A stretch of 63,867 nucleotides of DNA, counting the filler, from Folioceros fuciformis (lineage: Eukaryota): the NCBI GenBank assembly GCA_049999805.1. It is 17 parts of 17 records of this genome, joined end to end, with 100 filler letters (N's around TTAATTAATTAA, not from the genome) between each part and the next. Parts side by side here need not be neighbours in the genome. Positions count along the whole stretch, not along the records: positions 31,485 to 43,045 come from JBNGIO010000295.1; positions 43,146 to 44,155 come from JBNGIO010000296.1; positions 44,256 to 49,193 come from JBNGIO010000297.1; positions 49,294 to 53,805 come from JBNGIO010000298.1; 13 more parts are not named here. One strand, 5' to 3'. Below, in pieces: positions 39,288 to 51,066 of this stretch. The notes under the pieces were generated by a model. The model worked only from the letters and a program-made list of their open reading frames with translations, was not told where the DNA came from and made no database searches. The stretch's first letter is position 1. Each line of letters opens with the position of its first letter. A program made the translations under genes and the position numbers.

Positions 39288-41164
39288 TCAGCCCCGGAGA
39301 GAATACTTCTTTCCTGTGAAAGCCTGGAATTTGGGTGCCTCGTCTTTGACAACATCTTCCTTCTTCTCTTCATTTCGTGGTGTTGGGGGCTGCACCGAGA
39401 GGACAAAAGGTTCAGGGAGAGGCTGGAGGAGAGAAAGAGAAGGTGTTACTAGTGGAAAGAGATCAAAGTACCTTAGCAGATGGTGTGATGTCCGTGGAGT
39501 TGCTTCCAAACACCAGCTTGCCAGGGGGCCTTTGAGGTGGGCCTGGCGGTGGCACACTCTTGACGGACGAGGAGGTTGAGACGGATGTACTAGTTGGGGG
39601 TGTGGCAGGCCGGGAAGGCTTTCCATCCAGCCGTCTGCCAGAGCCTTGGAATGCACTGAATTTCGGCTCTGCGGGCTCTGCAACTTCTTCGGCAACTGCA
39701 TGAGAGTGGAAAAAGTCGTTGCATGAGTGCACTGTGAATGCAGGAGCAAATGAGTATGAGAGGGTGCCTTCAATGTACCTCGTGGAGTGGAGACAACAGG
39801 CACAGAGGCAGGTTTTGGGGGTTCCTTGTAGTCCAAGGGAGGAGCGAAGTCGACTTCACAGTCTGTTTCAATGATGGAGATGGCAGATGCAGGTTTCGCT
39901 TCCACGATGTCTATGTAGTACTTCTTGTTGTTGTATGCCACCATGATGTTATCGCCAACAGTGAGGCAAGAGAAGTTCCTCAGAGTTGTCTCTAAACTGA
40001 ACACACACAGCCACATTAGTTCAAGGACACAGTGCGTTCCTATTCACACAAAAACACCTTGTTTCGCACGAGGTGACTGGAATGCTTTACGACATGGGTC
40101 CACGTACACAGCCTTTGGATTCGAAATGTCCAGAAAATCTGTGGTGTGTGGCTGCAGCTTCACATATGTTCCCTTTGGAAGAGTTGCACTTTTCAGCTTC
40201 ACAATATCTCCTTCTTGTAGAAGCATGTTCTGCATCATCTGTTGACCAGTTGCTGTTGTTATAGAAAGAAGAAAAAATCGTTGACCACAACTGCATGCCC
40301 TGACCAGGGAGCTACCAAGGCAAAGAGGATATTCAGGTCACATACCCAGTAAGGCATGTATATCATGCCTTCCTCAGCAACAAACTCAAGAACTCCACAG
40401 TGTGAAGTGCGAAGTGTCTGTGGATTGAAAACTTCGAAAAGCATGGGGTAGTCAATTCGGAGGGATGCTGGAGCAAGAAGGCAGCACATATCAAACGAGT
40501 TATCATTCAAAAGCGGTTCAAAATTGCAGGAGCAAAGGTGGCCCTCCCTCTTCCTACGGGGAACATAGATTACTCACCTAGACGGTCGAGAGCGGATGGA
40601 GGCATGATAACTTCAAGTGTATCCAACACAAGACACACAACAAACAGGTCAGAAGTCGAGATGTGGCAATGGTCATCAACAGGGCATCGGAATCAATAAT
40701 GGCAGCTCCAACATGAGTTGTAGAAAATAGGGGACTACCCTAATTTCAACACCACCTGCAAACATCATGCAGGTGCACCAACACAAATCAATTCCGCACT
40801 CACAACATCACCAACACAGGTGCTTCCTCCTGGAACCACAAGGCTGCAGGTCAGAAACCCTAGAAACCAAGAACATGCTGCAGGGCCTCACCTTTATCGC
40901 CATTCTCCAAATGAGACTGCATCCAACACAAAGAAGACCATCAGCAGCCATTCATTCTGCACGAGCAGCGACCAAAAAGAACAAGAGAGCCAAAGCCCCG
41001 GAAAAGCTCCCACCTCATCTGACCCTGGCAAATCGATGCTGAATTTGGGGACTAACCTTGTCAATGAAAGAGGCAGAGTAGCATCGGTAATTCTGCTCGA
41101 AGGGAGCAGAGTTGGGGCCCCCCATACCACCAACGCCTGCGTAGAACTGCATCAGATCCGACAT
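39288..41164 (-). CDS. UFD1: Ubiquitin fusion degradation 1 (CDC48 adaptor), ~9 exons
   Basis: [56 protein letters not shown]|..KLQPH..|..[24 protein letters not shown]. Start at 41164 or 41152. Confidence 0.94.
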
Positions 41165-41921
41165 GAGAGAACAGCCGCCAGCAGCCGCGACTAAGCGATT
41201 CGCTCGGAGAGGGGGGTGATCGATGGCAGCGCAGCGAATCGCGATTCCACTCGTGTGCTGTTTGACACCGGAAATATTTACGGTAGTCCCGATAGTTCAC
41301 AAATCTTTGTTTTGAATGAGAATGGTTTCTGACATACACACGTGTATGACACAAGGGGTATAGCCCGTTTTGGGATCGTATTACTGTCCGAGGTTGCCCC
41401 CTGTCTCGATTAAGTCTCCCGCCCTGGTTCGGAGTCGCCTTCGTTCACCCTCTAGGTTTAGCAAATCTGATGGCAATGGACTGGCTGCTTTAGAGCAGGT
41501 GTATGAACACTTTTACACATGAAACCCACGCTGTTAACAGAATGCCCAGAGGGCTGGATAGATGGGCTAAGCCGCAACAGACTTTGGCTCTGTCGTCTTA
41601 AAAATTTGCGAATGGGGAGAACCCGAACTCCACTGTTCCTCACTCTCCCACGAGATACGAAGGCTTCGCCCGGCTGCATACGTCTCTACAAAAGTAGGTG
41701 TCGGCACTTTAATGGGTCTCCACAAAGAAATGGGCAGCCCTGTACAAGGCAGAGTACATGAATGAATGAATGAAAAGACGCCAATGGAAGGGCTGGCAAT
41801 TGGCCAGGATGGAGCAGAGAAGAACCAGTTCCCCAGCGGATGTCATAACTTGGTGTGTTCTACACAGGGCCACTCCGTTACTCGCTTTATTGCGCCCAGA
41901 CATGGCAGTGCTCTAGTCACC

Positions 41922-43045
41922 TTATTCCCAGGGGAGAGTATTGGAGGTTCTAGACTTGAAGGTGTGCTGGACATAATCTCGCAGGGCTGTGTCTTCAACA
42001 TCACAGAACCGATGAGACCAATCCTTAGGCTGAATAGCTTCGGTGCCAAGACCCGGAACCCTGTCTATGCTGTCCATTCGCTCATTTTCCGTCCAGTCTG
42101 GAACAGCTGCTGACACCCTCCGCAAGAATTTGTATTGGAAGTCTTCCCAAACAGGAAACTTGTAGTGGTAAATCATGGCCGATCCCTTCCTCACCCGTGA
42201 CTGCGAAAATTTCGGTTTGATTTCGAAGAAATGCACCCTGCTGCAGAATGTGCTGGTCATGGCTTCAACTCGGACAATCGACTTAACCCGCTTGGGAGAA
42301 GCCGCCCTACAGATGTAGTTCATAACCTGCCCACTTCTGGGGAGGGTTGTCAATCCGGAAGGCCCAAAATTGAGACAGGGGACTCGGAGCTGGCCCAAGC
42401 GTCCATCAGCCTGATCGTCGTACTCTCCAAGAAGTTGTTGGAGAGGTGTACCAGAGTCACTCTGCAGGCCCAGGACCTTCTGCGGAAAAAGAAATTCATC
42501 GTGGTCAATAAACGCAATCCAGTTGCATTCTGGAGCTGCAGTCACGGCACAGTGGCCAAACCCCGCCTCCTGAGTTTTGATCCAGGGCCAAGGATGCTTA
42601 GACACATTGAACTGTCGCAAGCTGTCGAGCACCTCTTCGAGATTGTCGTCGCTGTTGTTGTCATAGATAAAAAACCGTGTGACCCCGAGATGGCTATGGT
42701 ATATAACCCACTCCCTCATGAACTTGGCCACATTCCAGACCATGGTGCAAACACAGATGTCATGCTTATGCAGCTGCCCTGGAGAAGGGTGCTCTGCGAG
42801 CAAACTTTTGCCCACCTGCAACGCCTGCAGGACGTCATTTATTGCATGTAATGGAGGGTACCACCTCACAACAGAAGGAAAGGTCCTGCCCTGGAGCTCA
42901 AGAGTGACGATTTGGCCCACCAGATCATACTCATCAGTCAGCTGAGTTTCCGGCAGCTTGCACCTGAAATTCTCCATGCAGAAGGCAACAATGGGGGTCC
43001 TCACACGGCTACCAAACAAGCACGACAGGCCATGCAGCTCGGACT
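41922..43045 (-). CDS. Glycosyltransferase family 92 (DUF23) protein, 5' truncated by gap
   Basis: CVCTMVWNVAKFMREWVIYHSHLGV..YDNNSDD, WPWIKTQEAGFGHC, FIDHDEF, HYKFPVW..KF.RRVSA, DRVPGLG; open frame. Confidence 0.88.
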
Positions 43046-43145
43046 NNNNNNNNNNNNNNNNNNNNNNNNNNNNNNNNNNNNNNNNNNNNTTAATTAATTA
43101 ANNNNNNNNNNNNNNNNNNNNNNNNNNNNNNNNNNNNNNNNNNNN

Positions 43146-43977
43146 CCTACACCAAGCAAAATATATACATGACATTTCAGTTCGCTTTAATCTTGAGAAT
43201 CCGAAACTTGTGAGCACGCCCCTGGCAGTGGGAGCTAAGCTCACGTCAGATGATCAGCCCACAACAGAACAGGACAAGAAAGACATGGAATCTATCCCCT
43301 ATAAAGCCGCTGTGGGATGCTTGATCTACCTAAGCGTTTGGACTCGATTCGACATCAGTAAAGCTACTCAGGAAGTAGCCCAGTTTTTGCAAAATCCTGG
43401 CAGAGTCCACTGGTCAGCCGTGAAGCGTATCTACAGATACCTGCTAGGAACAAAGAAGCTCGCTCTAACGTACAAATCTTCAGGCTCCTCAAGTCTTAAA
43501 CTGCTGGGGTGGTCAGATGCAGACTGGGCTGCTAATCCCGATTCCCAAAGAAGTGTAGCAGCATTCGTCTTCACCCTTGCTAAAGCGGCTGTTTCGTGGT
43601 CTTGTAAACTCTTGCCAACCATCTGTCTGAGCTCAACCGAGAGCGAGTACAGGGCGCTCACAAGAGCAGGCAAGGAGGCAGTCTCAGGGCGTGCTACACT
43701 AGTAGGACTACACCAGCCCCAGACAGGTCCAACTAAACTGTATTGCGACAATCAGTCTGCAATAGCTCTGACCTTGAACGCTAGGTTCCATGCTCGTACT
43801 CGTCACATCAAAGTAGCCCATCATTTCATATGTCACCTTGTCTCGACAGAACAGGTACAGGTTGAATACACACCTAGCGAGGATAATCTGGCAGACTTGC
43901 TCACCAAAGGGCTACCTAGAGACAAATATCATGAACTCACGAGCAAGCTAGGTCTAGTAAAAATGTTTCGTGTATAG
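43146..43977 (+). mobile_element. Ty1/Copia RT C-terminus and RNase H
   Basis: PYKAAVGCLIYL, WSDADWA, LSSTESEY, CDNQSAIAL, ADLLTKGL; PPT-like AGTGGGAG near 44004. Confidence 0.92.
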
Positions 43978-44294
43978 TCAACATGGTCTCGGTTCTCACA
44001 GCTAGTGGGAGCATCAAAACATAATGTTGTTTTGCACCAAAGCACATATTCGACTTGTAGACGTCATTTTTTCTTACAGAAGCTTGCGCAGCGTCAGACG
44101 AAGGCTACCACAACCTCTAAATTGCAAGGATCTCAACGAAATACGATCGTGGTGGNNNNNNNNNNNNNNNNNNNNNNNNNNNNNNNNNNNNNNNNNNNNT
44201 TAATTAATTAANNNNNNNNNNNNNNNNNNNNNNNNNNNNNNNNNNNNNNNNNNNNGGTGGGCCCCGCCTTGCCCGGGTTGCCGGGGGCCAGCCC

Positions 44295-44328
<34 letters not shown>

Positions 44329-45008
44329 CCGGACGGAACGGGCCCCCTGGCGTGCGTGGCCTGTTACGCCGGGGAGTCGGGCATGATTAGGTCTCCTATT
44401 TCCGGCAACCAAGGAACCGGGCCACTGCCGGCGGCCGGTCGCCTCCAAAAGGTGCCAGCCACCCGTTTCCGCCTCTGGTGGCTTCTCCGACCCTTCGCCC
44501 GGGTCCCGGACACGGACCCGGTTGTGGCCCCGGTTTGCAAACCAGGTGGGTGTGGCTACCCGCCGCGGGCGGGGCATGCCTCATGCGTGCTCTCCACACG
44601 TTCCGCTATCCTCTCCACGGGACGGGGACATGTGGTAACATGGGCCACCCATGCCCTACCGTGGTACATGCCAATGTGCCGTCGGTGCATCCACTTTCTA
44701 CAATGTGTCAGACGCTTATCATTTTCTCTCTCCTGAATTTCGCATTCGGCGATCTCTTTTGGAAGATTTTGTCATAGACGAGTGCAGCTTCGGGTGCTAC
44801 CATTTGTTGGATTATACCTTCTTGTCTCTTCTCTTTGTCTCCCTGGGAACTGCAGCGTCTTCTATTTTTTCTCTATGATAAATCTCTTATGGCTCATATG
44901 AGTTATTTTATTCTCAATACCTACTCAAAGAATGTTTTGTACTTTGAGGATCCAGGCTTTGCTTTGCTTTAGGGAAACTCACATATGCTGTGCTCTAAGT
45001 AGCCACAA

Positions 45009-45155
45009 TTGGAAAGATGCTCACACCCACCCAACCCAGCCTAACCTAATCTAACCTAACCCACTTTTCCTAATACTATTTCAAGGTTGGAAAGATGCCC
45101 ACACCCACCCAACTCAACCTAACCTAACCCACTTTTCCTAATACTATTCCAAGGC
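45009..45155. repeat. ~78-bp direct duplication containing CCTAA repeats
   Basis: ttggaaagatgc..cctaacc..cttttcctaatactatt occurs twice. Confidence 0.8.
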
Positions 45156-46959
45156 TGACTTTCTTGCAAGAGATGTTCAACCCCAAGCCCATGAGATGGA
45201 AGAATGGAGTTGAATGATTATGTGAAGTGATTCTCCTACTATGCTAATCCTCATTCTAGTTGGGTGGCATGGGGCACGCTTTACACTACCCTACTTCAAG
45301 CCAGCATTTCAGCAAGCACCCAAGCAAGCAAGCAAAGCATTTAGGGAAGAAGATGTGAGTGGAATAAAAAATATATGCTAATTTTATGTTAATTATAAGT
45401 AAATTATTCCTGAGATCATGGCATGGGACTACCATCTTGTCTCTTTGTGGTGTACCCAATGTCCTTTCCTCTTGTTGGGTATAGGGGTTGCACCATGAGT
45501 GCCGTCCTATATGGTTGTCCTACTGAAGGCGGAATTTCTTGACTACTTTGTAAAGAAATGTGCACCAATATTTTATGCCCCCCCGGTCTTAAGCGCGGCG
45601 CAACGGTATGACGGGTGCTGGATGCCGAGCCGTTAACCGTGGCGAACAAGTATCTGCGGATCAATGGGACCAGGAAGGGATCGGGCACCATGATGCGCAC
45701 ATGGCCACACAAGCATCCATTACTCGGGGCTCGTTCCCTCAGCCGAGTCCAGGGAGGTGTATCGAGGATGGAGCGTGACAGGGGCCGGGGGACGACGTGC
45801 TGCAGCATCACAAGCAGCATCACAAGCAGCATCACCAGCATCACCGGCACCAGCAGCCGCAGCACCGGTGGAGGTGAAAAAACGGAATGGGGAGGGCTTT
45901 TGTGGGTTGTGAGGGGTTTTCTATGGGGTGCGTTGGATTCATGCGTCCGGGGCGCCGTTTGTCTGCTGCCGCCTCGTGTGACACGCTGTGAGGAAAGCGC
46001 CACCATGGAAATTCATACAAAAACAGGTTCGTGCTTCTCACATTCCTGCGTGCAGGACCCACCTCGGGTGCAGCACATGGTCACACAGCCGGCCTGGAGC
46101 CCAGGGGGGGCATTTCTGAATTTCTGACTGCAGTTTTCGGGGCGTTTCTGGCTGCACCGTGCTGCCTGCAGCCAGGAAGTACATCCCGGCCGGTACCTCA
46201 AGAGCCAGGCCATGCCAGACTGCGCTTGGCCCCCCTGATACCACACTAGCTAACGTAATCACTGCCGACATGGTGCACTTTCTGTGGTATCTTGCTTTCC
46301 ACTCTAAATACGGTGTCAATAATTGGTTCTGTAACATGCCTCTCCGGGCTTGTCACACCCCCCTCCCCTCCCCTTCTCAAGCTTGCTTCTTGTCCTTGCT
46401 CATTTTCAGGTTGTTGCTTGTCTTTATCTTATTGTTCCTTCACCCGTATCCCAGCACACTGTTCAGGAACTTTAAGTACAAGGGCAATGACATTGCAGCT
46501 TAAATACAATATCTAACTGTACCTAAGTCCCATGGATTGATCATGCCACCTTCCAGATCTAAGAACCTTAGATATTTTGAAGTCTTATTAGGTACTAGGT
46601 ACCATGGGACCAAGGAGATAGAAATTGGAAACCTTGATAGGTCCCGGCTACAACAAGGAGGATGCAGAACTAGAGCCCTCCTCGAGGAGTTATGCGGGCC
46701 TAGGTTTATCAATTCTGAAGCTTCATTAGATATGTAGTGTGATCTCTCCTGTCATTCTTAATATATATCCAACTACTTCACAAAGAAAGTGGTTTGTAGG
46801 ATGCTAAGTCATTGGGGATTGCCATCTCTATCTCCAGTATCACATAGGGAGAGGGAGAGATATAGAATGCATAGCATTGCAAACAATGTTACCAACCAAT
46901 TCCACTACTTTTTCATGTTCTCGAGCACATCAAGAGCCTATAGGAAAGAGATGCTAGGA

Positions 46960-47400
46960 GTGTCCCACTATGACATGGGAATAGATTTCATCCTCAATTG
47001 GATTGTATCAAAAACATATCCTAGCTTTTGATATAGTTGCTTAAAGTTTGCTAGCAATCTCTCATGTTTTTCTTACATTATCAAGTTTGTTAGGATAGCC
47101 TTGACAAAGTAAGTGCATATGGACGTTGCTAGTCGCCTTTCTCTTTTTCAAACTTCTACAAGCATCTAGTAATGGTTAAATATATATGCTCTTTGTCATT
47201 GTCATATGTTTCTAGCAAGCATATCTCCTGAGATTTATCATGTTGTACAACCTATCATTCCTACACTTCTCCTCCTAGTACGGTAGTATGACATTGTCCT
47301 TTCCTTCCAACAAAGGTGAAGGTGAAATTTGTCCATCATGATGCTATGTTCCAAGCCAACATCCTTTATGTCTACAAGCCGGCATCCGTTATGACTGCAA
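46960..47400 (+). mobile_element. Highly eroded Gypsy integrase relic
   Basis: Scattered motif ghosts in the expected order: DMGIDFI, LTK*VH, MSTSRHP. Confidence 0.3.
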
Positions 47401-47524
47401 GCTTGTCGTGAAATCTATCTCTCTTATCAACAATGGGTTGGCATGTCCTTGACTTTGAACATCTTTCATGCTAACCGTTGAAACTTTTGCATCGTACCAA
47501 CCTTTTTGGGCACTGACATTCAAT

Positions 47525-47664
47525 TCAATGCTTTAACATCACACTCATCCCCGGGACTCTTCTTTCATTGTCAATGCTTTAACAGCACACTCATCCTTCG
47601 GACTCTTCTTTCATTGTCAATGCTTTAACATCACACTCATCCCTCGGACTCTTCTTTCATTGTC
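47525..47664. repeat. 46-bp tandem repeat x3
   Basis: tcaatgctttaaca..ggactcttctttcattg at 47525, 47571 and 47617. Confidence 0.9.
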
Positions 47665-48280
47665 TTAAGGCTGACGAATGTAGGTACAAGAATGTTAGAG
47701 ATGCTCTCACCTGGTTGTGTGTACAGGCAGCTTAGCTTGTGCTCTTTGAAGGTGTTGGTTGCATATAGCAATTTCTTGGGTAGAATTCACAATGAAGAAG
47801 AAAGATGCATATTGTACCCACGGGTCCGTTTACCCAGCAAAGCCACATTCCCTGTAGCATTCCCTCGTCACTAGAGACAGCATTACGTCGCTGACCACAC
47901 CTGGCCAACACAGAGGCATGTGACATACCACATGGGATGGAAGCTTGGGGAGTGGGAAACCCAAACCCCCCCCGGGACAGAGAGACTCTGGTACACAACA
48001 CAACAAAACCCAGCGGGAGCACGAGGGAACGCGAGGCGATTCCAAGCCATGGAATGAGAATATGTGAGTTGGGTCCAACCAGGTACTGGGCATCAACGTC
48101 CATAGAGGGCAAGGATTTTGGGGCAGTAAATAGACAATAAGAAGGGAATCAAGCGCGGGCGCAGCAGCAAAGGCAAAGCAAGCGTGGCGTGATATTTTTG
48201 GAAACGGTGATGGCCCCCCTCTCCCCCCGCCCGGCCGGCACACAGTCACGACCAACCGGACCAGCCAAAACCAAGGCATG

Positions 48281-48362
48281 AGCAAGCAAGGCACCATGGA
48301 GAGAAGCAAGCAAGGCACCATGGAGAGAAGCAAGCAAGGCACCATGGAGAGAATCAAGCAAG
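48281..48362. repeat. 24-bp tandem repeat x3
   Basis: agcaagcaaggcaccatggagaga at 48281, 48305 and 48329. Confidence 0.9.
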
Positions 48363-49451
48363 CGCGGAAGGTGGGCGGCAAGGGAGCTTGATTGGTGATT
48401 GATGACTCCCTGCTCCAGATTGGAACGCTCTGGGGAATCTGCCGGTAGGTTGTGGGGGATCTCTCCGTTGTTGGTCTGCGGAGGAGCTGGGAGGACACAT
48501 ACATGCATATCGGAGTGAGAGGGAGTTCGAGTTCAAGCTCAAGTTCCCCCATTCTCAAGACTGCTGGAGAGGAAAGAAGAAAGAAAGAGCGGCGTGGTTG
48601 TAGTTGGAAATTGTGTGTGTTGTGCCGTGGAGGCTGGCTGGCATATGCGGAGTTGCTAAAAACAACAAGCATGAGCGGTGTTGCGTTGCGGGCTGTGAGA
48701 GCCTGCCTATTCCTATTTGTGGGTGGTTGGGTGAGGTGGTGAAAAGCCTGGTGGGAGGATGGATGGCAATGGCAGGATTGGATTGTTGCGCGCACTGGCA
48801 GGCAGGCGGGCGAGCGTGTGTGTGTTACGTGTATGTAAAAAGGAAGAGGAAGGCGGAAATGAAAATGAAATGGTGGGCTGTGTGCCGTGAGCGCGCGCAT
48901 CGCAAGTCTCCATCTGGTTTCTATGCCTTTTGTCCTTGTCCTGGCGTGGGTGCGGGTGCAGGCGTTGCCCAGCCAGCGCTTGCTTGTTGGTTTCGCTTCA
49001 GCTTCCCTCAGGCCCTAGCCCCGGCCCAGGCCTAGGCCCAGGCTAGGCCCTGTCCCTGGCCCCAACTCGCGCAGCTCACAGTCACCCATCTATCTCCTCC
49101 CACATTGGTCCAGCCCCGCCCCGACTCCCGGCGGATTGGGCTGCTCTCGACGCTCCCTGTCGCACCCAGTCTACTTCCGTTTCCGCCCCGCCCNNNNNNN
49201 NNNNNNNNNNNNNNNNNNNNNNNNNNNNNNNNNNNNNTTAATTAATTAANNNNNNNNNNNNNNNNNNNNNNNNNNNNNNNNNNNNNNNNNNNNAGGCCGA
49301 CCTAATCCTAACCCTAACTCTGATCTAACTCTAATCTAACCGAATCTTCTAGAACCTTTCCTCTACAACACTCACTCACATATCCAAAAAAAGGGAGAGC
49401 CCATTATTTCCCAGGGTCTGTTCAGCATGTGGAGTCCACACCTGTATTTAT

Positions 49452-50050
49452 AGTGCCCTTGAGATACCAAAATATTCTTTTAATAGATATCCGATGTTCA
49501 CGTCCAGGGTTTTCTAGAAATTGTGAACAAACACTAACTTCAAAAGCTATATCGGGCCTAGTGAAGTTGCTTAAATATATGAGTGTGGCAACAACATGTC
49601 GATAAGGTACTGTTGACATTTGTGACTTGTCTGCATCTGCTTTGGGGCACATTTCTAATGTAAGTTTTATCCCACTAGCAAAGAGAGTGGTGACAGGTTT
49701 GACATCTTCTAGTCCAAACTTGATTAAGCTTTCCTTTATATATTTCGTTTGAATAACGCTTAAACGTTTACAGCTTCTAGAAATCTCTAATAATATTGAT
49801 GCCAAGTGCGTAAGTCAATTCTCCAAGGTCAGTCATCTCAAAATGACTTGTTAACCAAGATTTAATTTTGGCTAAAAAAGAAGATGAAGATGAAACCATA
49901 AATACGTCATCCACATAAAGTAAGAGGTATATTATCTCTTTTCCAGAGGCTAATATATACATGCAAGGATATGCCTTGCTTTGTTTAAAGCCTCGTTTAA
50001 TAAGCTTAGCATGTATCATTGTATTCCATTCCTTGCCGGATTGCTTCAAA
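49452..50050 (-). mobile_element. Ty1/Copia RT fragment
   Basis: LKQSGKEWN, LLLYVDDV, FEMTDLGEL, TRPDIAF, YLKGT; one frameshift. Confidence 0.88.
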
Positions 50051-50511
50051 TGATGGATGGCAAATTTGGCTATAGGGGCATAAGTGGCCCAAGGTACATA
50101 GTCTATGACACACGTACCGCCATGGCCAATCTGTGTGTGTAGCTAACGGGAACGAATCCGCCTCCAGCCATAGCCAGACGGGGTAGCAAGAACCGACCCA
50201 GAAGGTGCCTAACGAGACTCTCCTAAACGGGATAGACAACCAAGTCGAAGACAAGTTTAGACTAACATGACTTTGTGTAGCCTTTAAATCGAATCAGTAA
50301 TTAACCCTAGGTAGACTAGCCCTAAACAAGGATTAAAGCATTTTACTTAGGAATAACTAGTTCTAACAAACTTTTAACGGCCCAACAACCCTAGTTGTTG
50401 GGCAGGGACGCCTATTTCTTGGCCAGTCCCAAACACATGTATAAAGACGATCACAAAGAAATACAAGAGGGTCCTATCCCCACCAAGCAAGTCCTCTCGG
50501 TGGTAGCATCT
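50051..50511 (+). repeat. 5' LTR of chromovirus-type Gypsy (~460 bp) inserted in Copia RT
   Basis: Starts TGATG at the Copia break, ends ..CATC(T) just before the PBS, internal TATAAA. Confidence 0.65.
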
Positions 50512-50512
50512 G

Positions 50513-50525
50513 TGGTATCAGAGCC
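50513..50525 (+). other. Primer-binding site (tRNA-iMet)
   Basis: TGGTATCAGAGCC, a perfect match. Confidence 0.9.
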
Positions 50526-51066
50526 ACTGTCCAACGACTCCGAGGCCCCAGACCCCGGATCTGGGATCAGTGGACAGGATCGCTGAGGCTAGGCTCAGCA
50601 GTACGAGAGGGAGGAGGCTCCCCACGATTCAGGAGCCCCTGGCACAGCGGAGGGACCAATCCCGACCAAGACTTAGGTTGCCAAGAAGCAATTAGGCCCG
50701 CGCCCCGGCGGATTGGGTGCAGGGAGGCAGGCGCGACCGCTAGAGTCAACAAGCCTACCGCACAGGACAGGATCAAAGGCGCCAACAGCTGGGAAGGCCT
50801 GGAAAGAATCATGTCTAGAAGGTTAGCGAATACCTCGAACGTGAGGACACCTGCAATCCGCGCACAGATCAGCCAGAAATATGAACGACTACATCCTACC
50901 TTCGGAGGGAGACCGGCAGATTTCCAGCAGGAGTGAAGGAGAGAATCCAATGGAGGGAATTAGGGATCGGGTCCACCGATGGGCATGACATCTTGGACCC
51001 AATTCCCAAGGCCGGCACCTCGCTCCCACCCAAGCGCGAGTCGAGTCGAGGCCAGTCGAGGAGTCC

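Noticed and set aside
42231-42851. 206-aa plus ORF
   Set aside because: Antisense shadow of the GT92 gene.
28673-43045. GME + peptide + ABC + GT92 as a biosynthetic or export cluster
   Set aside because: The ABC protein is the mitochondrial ATM type, UFD1 and GME are housekeeping genes, and GME lies across a gap. No functional link is supported.
45416-46503. Overlapping GC-rich ORFs
   Set aside because: No motif; partly made of 12-bp GCAGCATCACAA repeats.
47525-47664. CRISPR-like 46-bp repeats
   Set aside because: Head-to-tail tandem copies with no unique spacers.
47830-48900. 356-aa minus ORF
   Set aside because: Low complexity, built on the 24-bp repeat and UTR/promoter-like DNA, with no domain.
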